64,000 nt of DNA. It comes from Octopus vulgaris (taxonomy: Eukaryota). The stretch is from the NCBI GenBank assembly GCA_951406725.2, contig OX597814.1:69502001-69566000 (forward strand), written 5' to 3'. The notes below the pieces were generated by a model. It worked only from the letters and a program-made list of their open reading frames with translations. It ran no database searches and was not told the DNA's origin. Position numbers and translations under genes: made by a program. This document shows, piece after piece, positions 52,155 to 64,000 of the stretch. The number at the start of each line of letters is the position of its first letter. The first letter of the stretch is position 1.

Positions 52155-54844
52155 CCCTTTCAATACTAGCCATAGCTGGCTGAAAAATTTTGGTTCAAAC
52201 GACCAACCCATTATCTAAATGTGAATTTGAACACATTTGTGAAAGCACGTGATATCACTTTTTAAATAGTTGAGTTGTAGTATCCAACATTGTTTGATGT
52301 GATATCTGAACTTAGTGAATTTTGGGAGATTTTTTTTCCCACATTTTTTCTGTGTCAATTTTTTTCAACATTAAAAATAGATAGGAGTTTCATGTTATCA
52401 AGCAGTGATTCCAAATTTGAAGGTTTTTCAACAGAAGATATGGAGATATTGAGAAAAAGAATGAAGTACAAAAGCACCTGGAGTACAAGAATGAAAAAGA
52501 TATTTCTGTATCCAAAACTGAAAGCAGTGATTCTGAAGAAACTGAAAGCAGTGATAGCAACAGTGAGGACAATGGAGTAAAAACTTAAAAAACATTTTTA
52601 TTAACAATTTTTTTGAGGAGATAGGGTCTACCCATAGTCTTTCTCAGGAAGCGAAACCATTAGACTTTTTTTTCTTATTTTTTCTAGTATTCTTGTTTGA
52701 AGCCATCACTGGCTTCAAACCGTTACGCAGAATATAAACAAACTGGAAAAAAAGATAGCTTGTGGTTTCCCACTACCACAGAAGAAACATGGGCATTTTT
52801 TGCCATAAATATTATTATGGGTATAAGACAATTACCCAGGATTACAAATTACTGGAGCAATCAGGAACCTTTTGGTGATCAGCACATTTCCATATTATGT
52901 CACAAATATGGTTTGTGAAACTGAACCAGTATTTACATGCAAGAGACACAAGCAGTACCCCAGTATGTGGAGAACTGAACTTTGATCCCTTATTTTAAAT
53001 AAGACCCCTCATTGACTGCATTCAAAATGCATATAAAACACTTTACAACCCTGAGAGATACTTATCCATCAATGAGAGCATGGTGGGGTATAAAGGAAGG
53101 GTATGCTTCCAACAGTATATGCTAGGAAAGCTCATGAAATGGGGTATCAAAGTTTGGAAAATATGTGAAGCAAATACTGGGTACTGCTGTGGAGTTAGCT
53201 TTTATACTGGGAAAAGAGACAATAATATTAGGGTACGGTGTGGTCTGGAATTTATCACTTCCATATCATAACCAGGGCCATATGTTACTTTTTGACCGAT
53301 TGTTTAGTTCAGTCAAACTTGCAGTGGATTTAGAAGCTGTGACAATGTATATGTGTGCTACAGTAATTGGTAGTAGAAAAGGGCTGCCATTGGATATAAA
53401 AAAAGCAAAATTAAAAAAGAGAGGTAAAATAATCTGTTAGCGACCGCATACAGAGATAAGAGGCAGATAAATTTTCTATCTACCAGTGCACAACTATGTG
53501 TAGATGAAAATGGCACCCCATTTGTGAACCTTGATTATAAAAGGTACATGGGCAGTGTAGATCAGCTGAACCAAATGATGAGTTATTAATCCAGCTAGTA
53601 GACCGGGTAATAAATGGTGGCAATACCTGGTTTGTATATAGTAAACATGAACATTGTAAAAGCATTTATAGTATATACCAAATCAGCAAGGGCTTGCAAC
53701 CGGTGTGGCCATCTGTAGTTCCAAGCAGATGTAGTGGTGCAGTTGAGGACAGGTTATTCCTTCAAAAAAATAACTGCAGGAAGGAAAAGCAAAACCTGCC
53801 AGAGAGACATCCTTCTGAGTTCAGAAAAAATCAGGGGTCACAAAAGGCAGTGCCATGAATGTCTACATCAACAAAGAAAAACTCCCAGTGGACGGCCAGT
53901 TGAAACTTCTTTCCAATGTGCATTCTGCAAGGTTGCATTATGTAGAGTGGGATGTTTTACAACTTTCCATGATAGAAATATTGTGTGAATATTGAATATA
54001 TGTATGATTAGACTGTATAAATATTTTTCAAATTTACTTCGTTTTTAATTTTTATTTACTAGTAATTTTAATTTACCTGTAACTTTAATTTGCCTGTAAG
54101 GTGAGTGACAAATTTTGATTTAATTTCTAGTGTAAATCTTTATTATATATTCTGTTGTGTCTGGGGAGATTCATTCTCTTTTAGTGCCTTATTATTTAAC
54201 ACACTCACCGGTAAAATTTCCACTTATTTCTTATTTTTATTTTCTAAAATTTTCGTTGTGTGTTGCAACCTTTTCAATAGTCTTGACTCTGTCCGTTATT
54301 TACATTGCATTCCCTTTTGTTTGTTTGTGCGCATGTGTGTCTTTATTATATATGTTCTTGTGTATTCATGTATGTGTATATTTCATTTAGTTGATGTGTT
54401 TAATTTTCTAGTTTTCTTCAAAATAAATTCTAGTATTTCAGTTTATTTTACCTTTATGGAACACCTATTCTTCTGTGCATTAAATTCAACAGATAATCTG
54501 GTGATGTGCACAATTCTTCTATATTAAAATTTTGTTGCATACCCAATTGAATATTAGCTGATGACTCATTTTCTATGGTGATGTTTAAACAAAATTTTAA
54601 TATTTTTATATTTTACTCAGTTTACTTGTATTTTCCTGTAATTAGAGTCACTTTGAGACAAAAGTTATGTAATAGAATTGATTAAGAATCCTTTCTTCAA
54701 TTATGTTCCAAATCTCACATTAATATGTTGATAAGTAAAAATGTTACAGATGTTTAATGAAACTAGTCTAAATTCATGATTATTTTAGAATTTAATTGAA
54801 ACTCATGGGGGTGTATTTTGGTCAGAAATATAGAAACAAAAGGG
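52155..54844 (+). mobile_element. Decayed piggyBac (PGBD4-like) transposon
   Basis: ttag|CCCTTT left end and AAAGGG|ttaa right end. Motifs SINESMVGYKGR, KWGIKVWKIC, LLFDRLFSS, YMGSVDQLNQ and C-terminal CHEC...CAFCKVALC..GCFTTFH. The two ends match only over 6 bp, so they may belong to different elements. Confidence 0.82.
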
Positions 54845-54868
54845 TTAATAACAACAGTTAAAACTCAC

Positions 54869-55025
54869 CTTATAGTCCATTTGCTCAGAGCAATTGAAGA
54901 CATATACCATGATTCCTAATGCTCTTCCTAAATCTTTAGTTGTTTCTGTCTTACCAGTACCAGCTGGACCAGCAGGGGCACCACTCATGATAAGATGAAG
55001 AGACTGAGTTAATGTTATGTAACAT
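54869..55025 (-). CDS. DNAH9/DNAH17-like: Dynein heavy chain exon B, AAA1 Walker A (P-loop)
   Basis: Absent from the ORF track, read by hand: tttacag|A TGT TAC... = (R)[52 protein letters not shown]|gtgagt. 157 nt; phase matches exons A and C. Confidence 0.96.
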
Positions 55026-55474
55026 CTGTAAAAGCAATGGTGAAATATTTTTAGGAGTTCAATCTGTTTTTCATTGATCTCATATTCACGAATTCAAACC
55101 TGCCAAAGACTGTACCTTACAGAAAAAATAAGTACAGACACATAAAACAGTTTATTGACCAATACATGTGAAGAGATTTGTATACTAATTCTATCAAGTC
55201 AAACAATCCCATACTCTGTCATTAGCTCCCTTCTTGAGTCAAATGTCTAAATTGATATAAAATTGATGTAAACAGAAAATAAAGTTGTTTTCCCATTTAG
55301 CTACAAAAGATATTTCAAAACGACCAAAAATTAACATTCTTGAAGAATCAGCTCAGCATTATCCATCTACTGCCGACTGAAACTGCACTTGCATGCTGAA
55401 TTTTGAAAATTATAACATATAAAGATGAGACACGTGTTATTTGTCTCTGAATTATAAGTTAGTTGTTAAGGCCG

Positions 55475-55541
55475 GTTACTGATGAGAATTCGCCTAGCAG
55501 ATTATTTTATTTGCTAAAGAAATTTGAAACCCAGGTATAAC
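55475..55541 (+). ncRNA. Type I hammerhead ribozyme motif
   Basis: GUUA-CUGAUGA-GAAUUC..UAGCAG/UUGCUA..GAAAUUU-GAAA-CCCAGG-UA^UAAC. Intact core; helix III is ACC/GGU. Confidence 0.78.
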
Positions 55542-56070
55542 AGCAAAAAATAACAAGGTAAAAGTTTTTATTTTTCGTTTCTTTCGAAAATTGCTATTAA
55601 ATGTGGTTTTGGTCGTTTTGACTGCTTCTTCTAGCATGTAAAAATTACCTGTTTTCTTTTGCGTCTAAATGTACACTATTTTATATTGAGAATATATTTT
55701 ATATTGAGAATATGTTATTCAACGTCTACAGCCACTCCTATTGATAACAAGTCTTGACCACACTAAAAAGCAGATAGTAATAATTTGTGGTCATAGACAG
55801 TTCAACTTATGCCACCAAAGCTAATAGAAATTACTACATGCTCTTGCAGGAAAAAGGAAAGTAAACTATGAATGTTAATCTTACTTTTAATTTTAATTTT
55901 ATTTTATTAATAGCTCTTTTCTCTCTACATATTCCATCTGAATACATATTTTTGATAAGGTTTTTCAAAAACAGAAATACGTAAAAGGAAAATTAAAATG
56001 TACCAAATTTTAAGAAAGTAGCATATTCATTCTACTTACTTATGGGTTATGTCTACACATTTTTTCAAAT

Positions 56071-57176
56071 ATCATCATCATCATCATCATCATCATTTAG
56101 TGTCCGCTTTCCATGCTAGCACGGGTTGGACGGTTCAACTGGGGTCTGTGAAGCCAGAAGGCTGCATCAGGCCCAGTCTGATCTGGCAGTGTTTCTACGG
56201 CTGGATGCCCTTCCTAACGCCAACCACTCCGTGAGTGTAGTGGGTGCTTTTTACGTGCCACCCACACAGGTGCTAGACGGAGCTGGCAAACGGCCACGGA
56301 CGGATGGTGCTTTTTACGTGCCACCAGCACGGGGCCAGGCGAGGCTGGCAACGGCCACGATCGGATGGTTCGCTTACTTGTCACCGGCACTGGTATCACA
56401 GCTGCAATTTCCATTGATGTTGATCGACTTCGATTTTGGTTCTGCTTTCTGATATCTGATTTGATTTGGTTTGATTTTGATTTTGATTTTCACTTGCCTC
56501 AACGGGTCTTCACAAGTGGAGTTTTGTGTCCCAAGAAGGAAAGGTATGTATAAGTCGGCTGGCTACATACCAGGTAGAGGTCATGGGTTATGGTCTCACT
56601 AGTCTTGCCAGGTCTTCTCACGCACAGCATACTTCCATAGGTCTTGGTCTCTAGTCATTTCCTTGGTGAGACCTAAAGTTCGAAGGTCATGCTTCACCAC
56701 CTCGTCCCAGATTTTCCTGGGTCTACCTCTTCCACAGGTTCCCTCAACTGCTAGGGTGTGGCACTTTTGCACACAACTATCTTCAGCCATTCTTGTCACA
56801 TGACCATACCAGCGCAAACGTCTCTCTTGCACACCACAACTGATGCTTCTTAGGTCCAACTTTTCTCTCAAGGTACTTACACTCTGTCGATTATGAACAC
56901 ATCCATCGGAGCATACTGGCTTCATTTCTTGTGAGCTTACGCATATCCTCAGCAGTCACAGCCCATGATTCACTACCATGTAGCATGGCTGTACGTACAC
57001 ATGCATCATACAGTCTGCCTTTTACTCTGAGTGAGAGGCCTTTTGTCACCAGCAGGGGTAAGAGCTCTCTAAACTTTGCCCAGGCTATTCTTACTCTAGC
57101 AGTTACACTTTCAGCACACCCACCCCCGCTACTGACTTGGTCACCTCGGTAGCGGAAGCTATCAACTACTTCTAGT
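56071..57176 (-). mobile_element. 5'-truncated RTE LINE, same family as 13102-15607
   Basis: LEVVDSFRYRGDQVSSGGG...AWAKFRELLP...RRLRWYGHV...GRGRPRKIW, 3' tandem hairpin units and a (TGA)n tail. Confidence 0.92.
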
Positions 57177-57199
57177 ATATAAGAAATGCTAAGCCACAT

Positions 57200-58310
57200 G
57201 AAACCTCCCTTACCAGTTTCATGAAGCTATAGAAAAGAATTTCCCAAGAAATTCACACCAAATTCACACCAAGTGAGGATAGGTTTTTCTAACACAAAAA
57301 ATCTTTCACAAATCATCTCTTTGCATAATAATAAGTTGTTAAATACAAATCCACTTAATGAAAATACTAACATTGATTTTGTTAACACTAACCAAGGTTA
57401 GTGTTCGCATTCATTTTCTTAGTAATAATTCAAGAACTAGAAACTTTATTTATCAATGTAAAATTACTTCTGGTTCTGACATCTTTTTTTATATAGGTAG
57501 TTCTTCATCTCAGTTGTCCAAAAGAATATCTTATCATTACTCTACAAATAGAGGTAGAATTAATGTCAATAGGGTTAATATAGGTAATTTTTCTTTATAG
57601 CTTGCTTTAAGTAATGCAGAGTTATAAAATTCAGCTTTATTGTTGAAGGTATCAACATTAGCAGATAATCTAGAAAGTCTAAGTGAAATATTCCTAACTA
57701 AATTCTCTGTAATAGCCTTACTGAAAGAGTTAATAGATTTTAAATTAGTTGAGGGTTTATAGTATCGGAAATATGAATCATTATGCAAATTAAGGGTTAT
57801 ATCTAAAAAGTTGGCTTTAGTTATATCATCGTCAAAAAAAATGCTCCAGCCCATGTTTCGGAAAAATTTTTGGTTAGAAGCATTTAGAAGGTAGAGTAGA
57901 CAATCATTATGATATAGACTTCCATTCATGTTTGGGAATTGGTCAGCCATCTCATAAAGGACATATATACCGACCAAATCAAAACTTCCCATCATGACAT
58001 CAAAACTGTTGGGTGTATCTTTACAGACCCATAGCTTGTTATCAAATTTAATAATAGATTTTCTGGTGGCTAACACTATATTAATTTCATCCCTGGTGAG
58101 ACCTGTTTTGTTGTGAGTGAGCCAGAGTGCTTTGTTAAGTACGATTAGGTTGAAAGAAGAATAGAAACTAGAACTGTCAAACTGGATAAACATAGTGCAC
58201 TTCTTGCTATTAATAGAATTAAACCAGTCAACCACTTCAAATGAATCAGACCATAAATTAAGCTTTAATTTTTTAACTAAGGTAAGAATACATTTATGTA
58301 GAATATATAG
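57200..58310. mobile_element. PLE remnant with an internal inversion (RT on minus, downstream linker/GIY-YIG on plus)
   Basis: Minus 58300-57570: FIQFDSSSFYSS, FDVMMGS, NFLDITLNL. Plus 57200-57560: NLSQIISLHN, TRNFIYQC, FYIGSSS...KRISYH. Confidence 0.75.
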
Positions 58311-58856
58311 ATGGGTTATAAAGAACTGATGTTAAATGATGAATAGCTACGTGCCAACCAAAGCCTTGTGAGTGGATTTTGTAGATGGAAACTGAAAGAA
58401 GCCTGTCATATATATATATGTGTGTGTATATGTGTCTGTGTTTATTCCCCCATCACCACTTGATAACCAGTGGTTTATGACCCCATAATTTAGTGGTTTG
58501 GCAAAGGAGATCAATAGAATAAGTACTAAGCTTAATGAATGAGTCCTGGTGTCGATTTGTTTGACTAAAAAACTCTGCAAGGTGGAGCTCCAGCATGCCC
58601 GCAGTCAAATGACTGAAAAAAGCAGGAGAGTATCATCATCATCATCATCATCATCGTTTAGCGTCTGCTTTCCATGCTAGCATGGGTTGGACAAGCTAGC
58701 ATGAGTTGGACATATATAATATATATATATATATTAATAAAAGGAATTCCAACCTTGTCTGATTTTCACATTTTATTTACAATCTTATAATGATATAAGA
58801 TAATATAATCTAATAAAATAAAATAAAATAATAGAATGTTAAATGTTCATTCTGAT

Positions 58857-58901
58857 TGAACTAGTACTTTCATGCATTAAATTCTGCAATCTTCAGGTTC
58901 A
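58857..58901 (-). ncRNA. Identical inverted copy of the PLE hammerhead
   Basis: Exact reverse complement of 60310-60354. Confidence 0.8.
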
Positions 58902-60309
58902 TGTAGTAGTGGCGACAGTCATGCTTCACAATTTTTGACTGTAGCGAGATGATTGAATCTGTGCCTTAAATACAGCTGTGTAGCCTCCAGATTGCTAGGT
59001 TTTGCAAACTGTATTCTGATCAATCAGTGTGTAGTATCACTCAATTACTTAAGCTGATTGGTTGGTTGAGCTGACTGGTTTAGGCGTCACGCTTTGTTGG
59101 ACATGTCAAGAGTCCCGTATCTTAACCCTGGCCGAGGCAGCAATTGTTGGGCTATTTTTAGAAATGTTGTAAATAGCCTTTGTCAGAGATTTTTATATTT
59201 TTATATTTCAATTGTCATCATCATCATTGTCAGCACCTTAATTATTGTTGCTAGTGGTGATGGTGGTGGCAATAGAACTTTTAACCCTAAATAAGATAAT
59301 TTTCCTGCTATCTAAGTATTATTATTATTATTGCTTATTTAGCTTGGGTTCAAATCATTGCCAATTGGGTTCGAATCATTGCCCAAAGTAATGAATTAAA
59401 AGACATAATCATGGATCGAGCTACGGTTCTTAGTAAAAGACAGCTTAAAAACTTGAAAAAATTACTAACAAAGGCAAAAATTTGACCTTAGCAACAAAGA
59501 CCAAACATTCACTGTATCTAAATGCAATGATAGCCAATGTGGCACATGCCAATTCATACATACCAGCCAATATATAAACACAAAAACCGGGAAAATATTC
59601 ACAAACGCGAATATGAACTGCAAAAGCAGAAATTTAATTTACTGCATCAAATGCCCAAATTGTGAAGAAATATATGTAGGTCAGACGGGAAATGCACTAT
59701 CAGAACGCTCATGTGTACACCGGCAACAGATTAGAGACCCAGAGGTCCGTCAGATACCTTTGAGTAACCACCTAGCAACATGTGGTCGGAAAATATATAT
59801 AATATTTCCATTCTACAAATTACACAGCCCAAGTGAAATCAAGAGGAAAATCAGAGAAAAGAATTTTATTGATAAATTCGAACCCAAGCTAAATAAGCAA
59901 TAATAATGATACTTAGATAGCAGGAAAATTATCTTATTTAGGGTTAAAAGTTCTATTGCCACCACCATCACCACTAGCAACAATAACTAAGGTGCTGACA
60001 ATGATGATGATGACAATTGAAATATAAAAATATAAAAATCTCTGACAAAGGCTATTTACAACATTTCTAAAAATAGCCCAGCAATTGCTGCCTCGGCCAG
60101 GGTTAAGATACAGGACTCTTGACATGTCCAACAAAGCATGATGCCTAAACCAATCAGCTTAAGAAATTGAGTGATACTACACACTGATTGGTCAGAATAC
60201 AGTTTGCAAAACCTAGCAATCTGGAGCCTACACAGCTGTATTTAAGGCACAGATTCAATCATCTCGCTACAGTCAAAAATTGTGAAGCATGACTGTCACC
60301 ACTACTACA

Positions 60310-60354
60310 TGAACCTGAAGATTGCAGAATTTAATGCATGAAAGTACTAGTTCA
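60310..60354 (+). ncRNA. Minimal type I hammerhead in the PLE terminal repeat
   Basis: UGAAC-CUGAAGA-UUGCAGAAUUUAAUGCAU-GAAA-GUAC-UA^GUUCA, with palindromic GUAC. Confidence 0.8.
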
Positions 60355-60513
60355 ATCAGAATGAACATTTAACATTCTATTATTTTATTTTATTTTATTA
60401 GATTATATTATCTTATATCATTATAAGATTGTAAATAAAACGTGAAAATCAGATAAGGTTGGAATTCCTTTTATTAATATATTCTTCTATACACAATCGC
60501 ACACACCCGTATA

Positions 60514-60552
<39 letters not shown>

Positions 60553-60559
60553 TATTACC

Positions 60560-61150
60560 TGTTTCAATCATTTGTACATGTACAACAAAATGCAAATGTA
60601 TTGAGAGACAAGTGAACATAAGAGGAATCAAATGCAGCCTGCAAGAGAGAAGACTGCATTGGTTTGGACATGTGATGCATATGGATGAAGACAGCTGTAT
60701 AAAAAGTGCTGATCACTGAAAGTGGAAGACACTTGTGTAAAAGGGAGTCCCAAAAAGACATAGGATGAAGTGGTAAGGATGTTAGGTCTCACAGAAGAAA
60801 TGACAGTGGGCCTAGATGTCTGGCAACATAAGGTTCTTGAGGAGACCTGCCCACATCAGTGATATTGAGTTATTGAAGAGCTGTGTGTTCCACCCACACA
60901 TAACAAGAAAATTGTCACACCCCACCCCAACAAACCAAACTACATCTCTTCTCTTCCTCACATCACTTTCATGCACTATGGTTATCTCGCACCCACCCCC
61001 CAATCCTGTCTTCACAGCCCTGTTCATTATATCATTGCTATCCAATAGCCTCACCCCCGCCCCACCCCCTTTATATACTCAGTCATCTCTCTTGTACACT
61101 ATATCTGATACCTCTTGTACCTAGTTTCCCTCTTATCTCATCTGTGCTTC
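60560..61150 (+). mobile_element. RTE LINE 3' remnant
   Basis: IRGIKCSLQERRLHWFGHVMHMDEDSCIK followed by the CT-rich body. Confidence 0.75.
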
Positions 61151-61289
61151 ATTTAATCATACTAATATCATACATCCAGCAAAGCATGCTCCATTTCTTT
61201 CAAGCCCTGCACATCCTCTGCATTTAATGCTCCACCTTGCATCATCTCACTTAATACTGCATGGTGGTAAGCATCATATAACCTTTGTT

Positions 61290-61743
61290 TGAAGAGAGTA
61301 TATAGAATGGTTTCATGTGAATCTTTCTCAATGATGATCTTTAATTGACCATCATCAATGACCGATGGGTGTTCACTATGCTCACAATCTTCAAGGCTCA
61401 GGTCTCCACTGTGAAATTGTTTAAACCATTTTTGAGCTGACCACTCACTGATCATTTCCTCACTAAATGTTTCATTGATATCATGAGCAGTTTCAGCTGC
61501 CTTATGTCCATTTTTGAAGTTGATTAGCAAAACTGCTCGAATATCACATTTGACAGTTCCATTTCTGATGATTGTAACAAGTCAAAAAAATATCAATATT
61601 AATTTATTGAAGCATTTGGGCAAGTCTATGTCTATATTATCAGACAATTGCAAAAAAATGTTTTAAAAAAATTCAAAACTGCAAAAATCCAGTACAAATT
61701 CTTCATGCTTCAAAACATTGCTTACTTTTTATTCAACCTGATA
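61290..61743 (-). mobile_element. Mariner (Hsmar1/SETMAR-like) 5' remnant
   Basis: FKNGHKAAETAHDINETF...AQKWFKQFHSGDLSLED; TIR-like attgcttactttttattcaacctgata. Confidence 0.75.
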
Positions 61744-61869
61744 TTTGCATGCTAACAAACACAAATGCATAAAAATTCTGTTTAGTCAACAAAAAATTGA
61801 AATATATTAAAATGTGTTGGAACTTTTCTGGCATCAAATTTCATAGATACAAGTCATGATTAATAAGGA

Positions 61870-62740
61870 TGAATAAGAATGTATAACCTGCAAAATACAA
61901 AATATGCTACCTTTTGAACAACTTGTTAACTCTCCTGCCCAAAATACAAAGAAAATCCCGGCATCATACAGCCCACAATTTCTCCTACCTCTCAAACTGT
62001 AGCTGATTCTTTTGGTTTCACAAAAGGAACTTTGCAGACTTTGCAGAATGGTCTTTCCTGATACTTCTCAACCATGGTGGCTCTAAAAGCAGTACTTCAC
62101 ATTTGCTTCCTGCTTTGCATCCAACTCAGCACTACGTATCCTAGTTAAAATTTTCCCAAACTATCTCCCTCCACTACTTTAGATTCATCAGTACATACAA
62201 ATAAGTACAAAAGTACCTCCAGTTGCTTCAAAGTGACTCTTGTAGTGACACTTCCATTACTTCAGGGCCAGTCCATATCATTGTGAAATTCTTCTTCCTT
62301 ACTCTCACTACAGGGAACTATTCTGATTTTCTAAAATGCATAAAATGGCTGACCCCCAGTTGACTATCTACTTGTTACTCTCACTTCCACCATCTCATTC
62401 CAAGTAGAGAAAGCAGTCATTAACAACTACATTATCTGATAGTTTAAACACTTCTCTCTCCTTGATGATCATCTTTCACAAAGAAAATGTAGAAACCTGT
62501 TTTCCTATAGTCCTCACTGGTAGGCATTACAAAGACTGTACTTCTTTTCCAGGGCCAGAAAATACATCAGCTCCCAAAAGTTACTAATTTTATACAAAGC
62601 TCAAGTAAGACCCACATTTGGAACAGGATTATTACTACATGTACAGACAGTCCAAAGTGCATCCAAACCTAAGCCACTCAACAGACTGGAATGAAGTCAT
62701 TTATCTTCAAGTCTTATATTATTACTCATGTTTTTCCTGC
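61870..62740 (+). mobile_element. Highly decayed CR1/Jockey-group LINE remnant
   Basis: LILYKAQVRPT at about 62583-62615 plus weak upstream similarity. Confidence 0.35.
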
Positions 62741-63766
62741 AACTGTGAACTGGCTTTAGGATAACGCAGCAAGTGGGCAGAATTGTTAGCATAATGCTTA
62801 GCAACAGTTCATCTGTTTTTATGTTCTGAGTTTAGATTTCTTCGAGGTTGACTTTGCCTTTTATTCTTTTGGTGCTGATAAAATAATTACCAGTTGAATA
62901 CTGGGGCTGATGCAATCAACTTACTCCCTCCTTGAAATTGCTAGCCTTGTACCAAAATCTGAAACCAATATTATTGGCTTTGGGATTAGAGGAAGAAGAT
63001 AGCATAGCTCCTACCTCCAGACCAAACATAAAAGTGCCAAAAGGAAATCTAGTGGGAAAACATATTTAAGAAGTGAATTTCTTATGTGCGTAATACAAAT
63101 TCTTTACCAATATTAATTCAATATTACTTCATAGCGAATTTGAATGTGTGTGTTGGTATGGGTATTTGAGAGAGAGGGGGAGAGAGAAAGAGGGGGAGAG
63201 AGAAAGAGGGAGAGATAGAGAGAGGGGGAGAGAGAGAAAGAGAGAGAGAGAAAGAGAGAGTTTGGGTGTGTGGAATTTGAGTTTACAAACTTATCCAGAC
63301 TCAAAAATTGTATAATTTTTGCCAATGCTGATCACTACCAGTTTCCTCAAACCTTGTTTTCTACATGTTATAAAGATGTGTGTGTGTGTGTGTGTATAGA
63401 TAAATGCATCAAGCTAAGTAAAATCATGTTAACCTAAGTAAAACTGTTGCTTCCACACATACCAGCTTGTCCTTTCAGGTGCTGGTACCACATAAAAAGT
63501 GCCCATGCTGGTGCTGCATCAATGTGCCCATGCTGGTGCTATGTAAACACACCTGTGCCAGTGTTAAGTGGTTGGTCTTAGGAAGGGCATCCAGCTGTAG
63601 AAACCATACCACAACAGACAAGTAGAGTCTGGACAGCTCCCTGGCTGGCCAGCTCCATGTCAAACCATCCAACACATGCCAGCATGGAAAGTGGATGTTA
63701 AATGATGATGATGATGATGATGTGTGTGTGTGTGTGTGCGTGCATATGTACGTATGTATATCTTAC

Positions 63767-64000
63767 CGATCAGTCAGTGGAGTTATAACAAGTCGAGGAG
63801 TATTTCCTAAATATTCATGACCATACTGAAACTGAGCATCACAAATGTTGGCAAAGCAGTCTTTTTCTTTCTCATCCCAGCGGTGTCGTAGTTGTGACAG
63901 CCAAGTAAATGCCTGTGCACTGTCTATTTTTGCAGAAATTAGTTTTGCAACCACATCACGTGCATGTACATCAATAGTGCATATAGTCATTATTTTCTGA
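63767..64000 (-). CDS. DNAH9/DNAH17-like: Axonemal dynein heavy chain (outer-arm beta type), exon A; 5' part lies beyond the window end
   Basis: Translates [20 protein letters not shown]...[10 protein letters not shown]...[20 protein letters not shown], the conserved segment leading into AAA1. Donor CG|GTAAGA at 63766, phase 2. Confidence 0.95.

Larger units (their letters stand above)
58729..60482 (+). mobile_element. 5'-truncated PLE (GIY-YIG endonuclease with CCHH-like residues) flanked by inverted roughly 610-bp terminal repeats
   Basis: 58729-59355 is the reverse complement of about 59876-60482; the two 66-aa spurious ORFs are near-identical mirror images. ORF 59613-59903 reads NLIYCIKCPNC..IYVGQT...R..H...H...EKNFI. 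Confidence 0.92.

Noticed and set aside
54490-54580. CTGGTGA and CTGATGA strings as additional hammerheads; also CTGATGA at about 38800
   Set aside because: No matching GAAA-helix III-UH and helix I partner; the 38800 hit is inside a SINE body.
59094-60134. Two near-identical 66-aa ORFs on opposite strands, suggesting a duplicated gene
   Set aside because: They are mirror images produced by the PLE inverted terminal repeat, with TTG starts and no recognisable domain.

Overview
AT-rich, repeat-dense eukaryotic genomic DNA. The repeat families suggest an octopus or other cephalopod, which is my inference. The whole window lies inside one minus-strand gene, an axonemal outer-arm dynein beta-type heavy chain (DNAH9/11/17 family). 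Six exons (63767-64000 partial, 54869-55025, 42315-42577, 26280-26418, 24081-24173, 11298-11492) splice in frame with GT-AG introns and encode the AAA1 ATPase region. Together they are about 1.1 kb, or 1.7% of the window. The introns (2-16 kb) hold nested transposons: a near full-length CR1-group LINE, RTE and Tx1 LINEs, several Penelope-like elements (PLEs), two related Gypsy/Mag LTR elements, mariners, a piggyBac, a Helitron fragment, MITEs, tRNA-derived SINEs and microsatellites. The most striking unannotated layer is about 8 minimal type I hammerhead-ribozyme motifs, most with palindromic helix III; four are in the sense orientation of the dynein pre-mRNA. One motif with an intact core sits in a non-coding 352-bp terminally redundant unit (a retrozyme-like element, 15736-16125). 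Other highlights are a PLE with 600-bp inverted arms, a perfect 180-bp palindrome, a tandem pair of tRNA-like units, and an HIV-type slippery heptamer at the LINE ORF1/ORF2 junction. All calls were made by eye; no database search or RNA folding was run.
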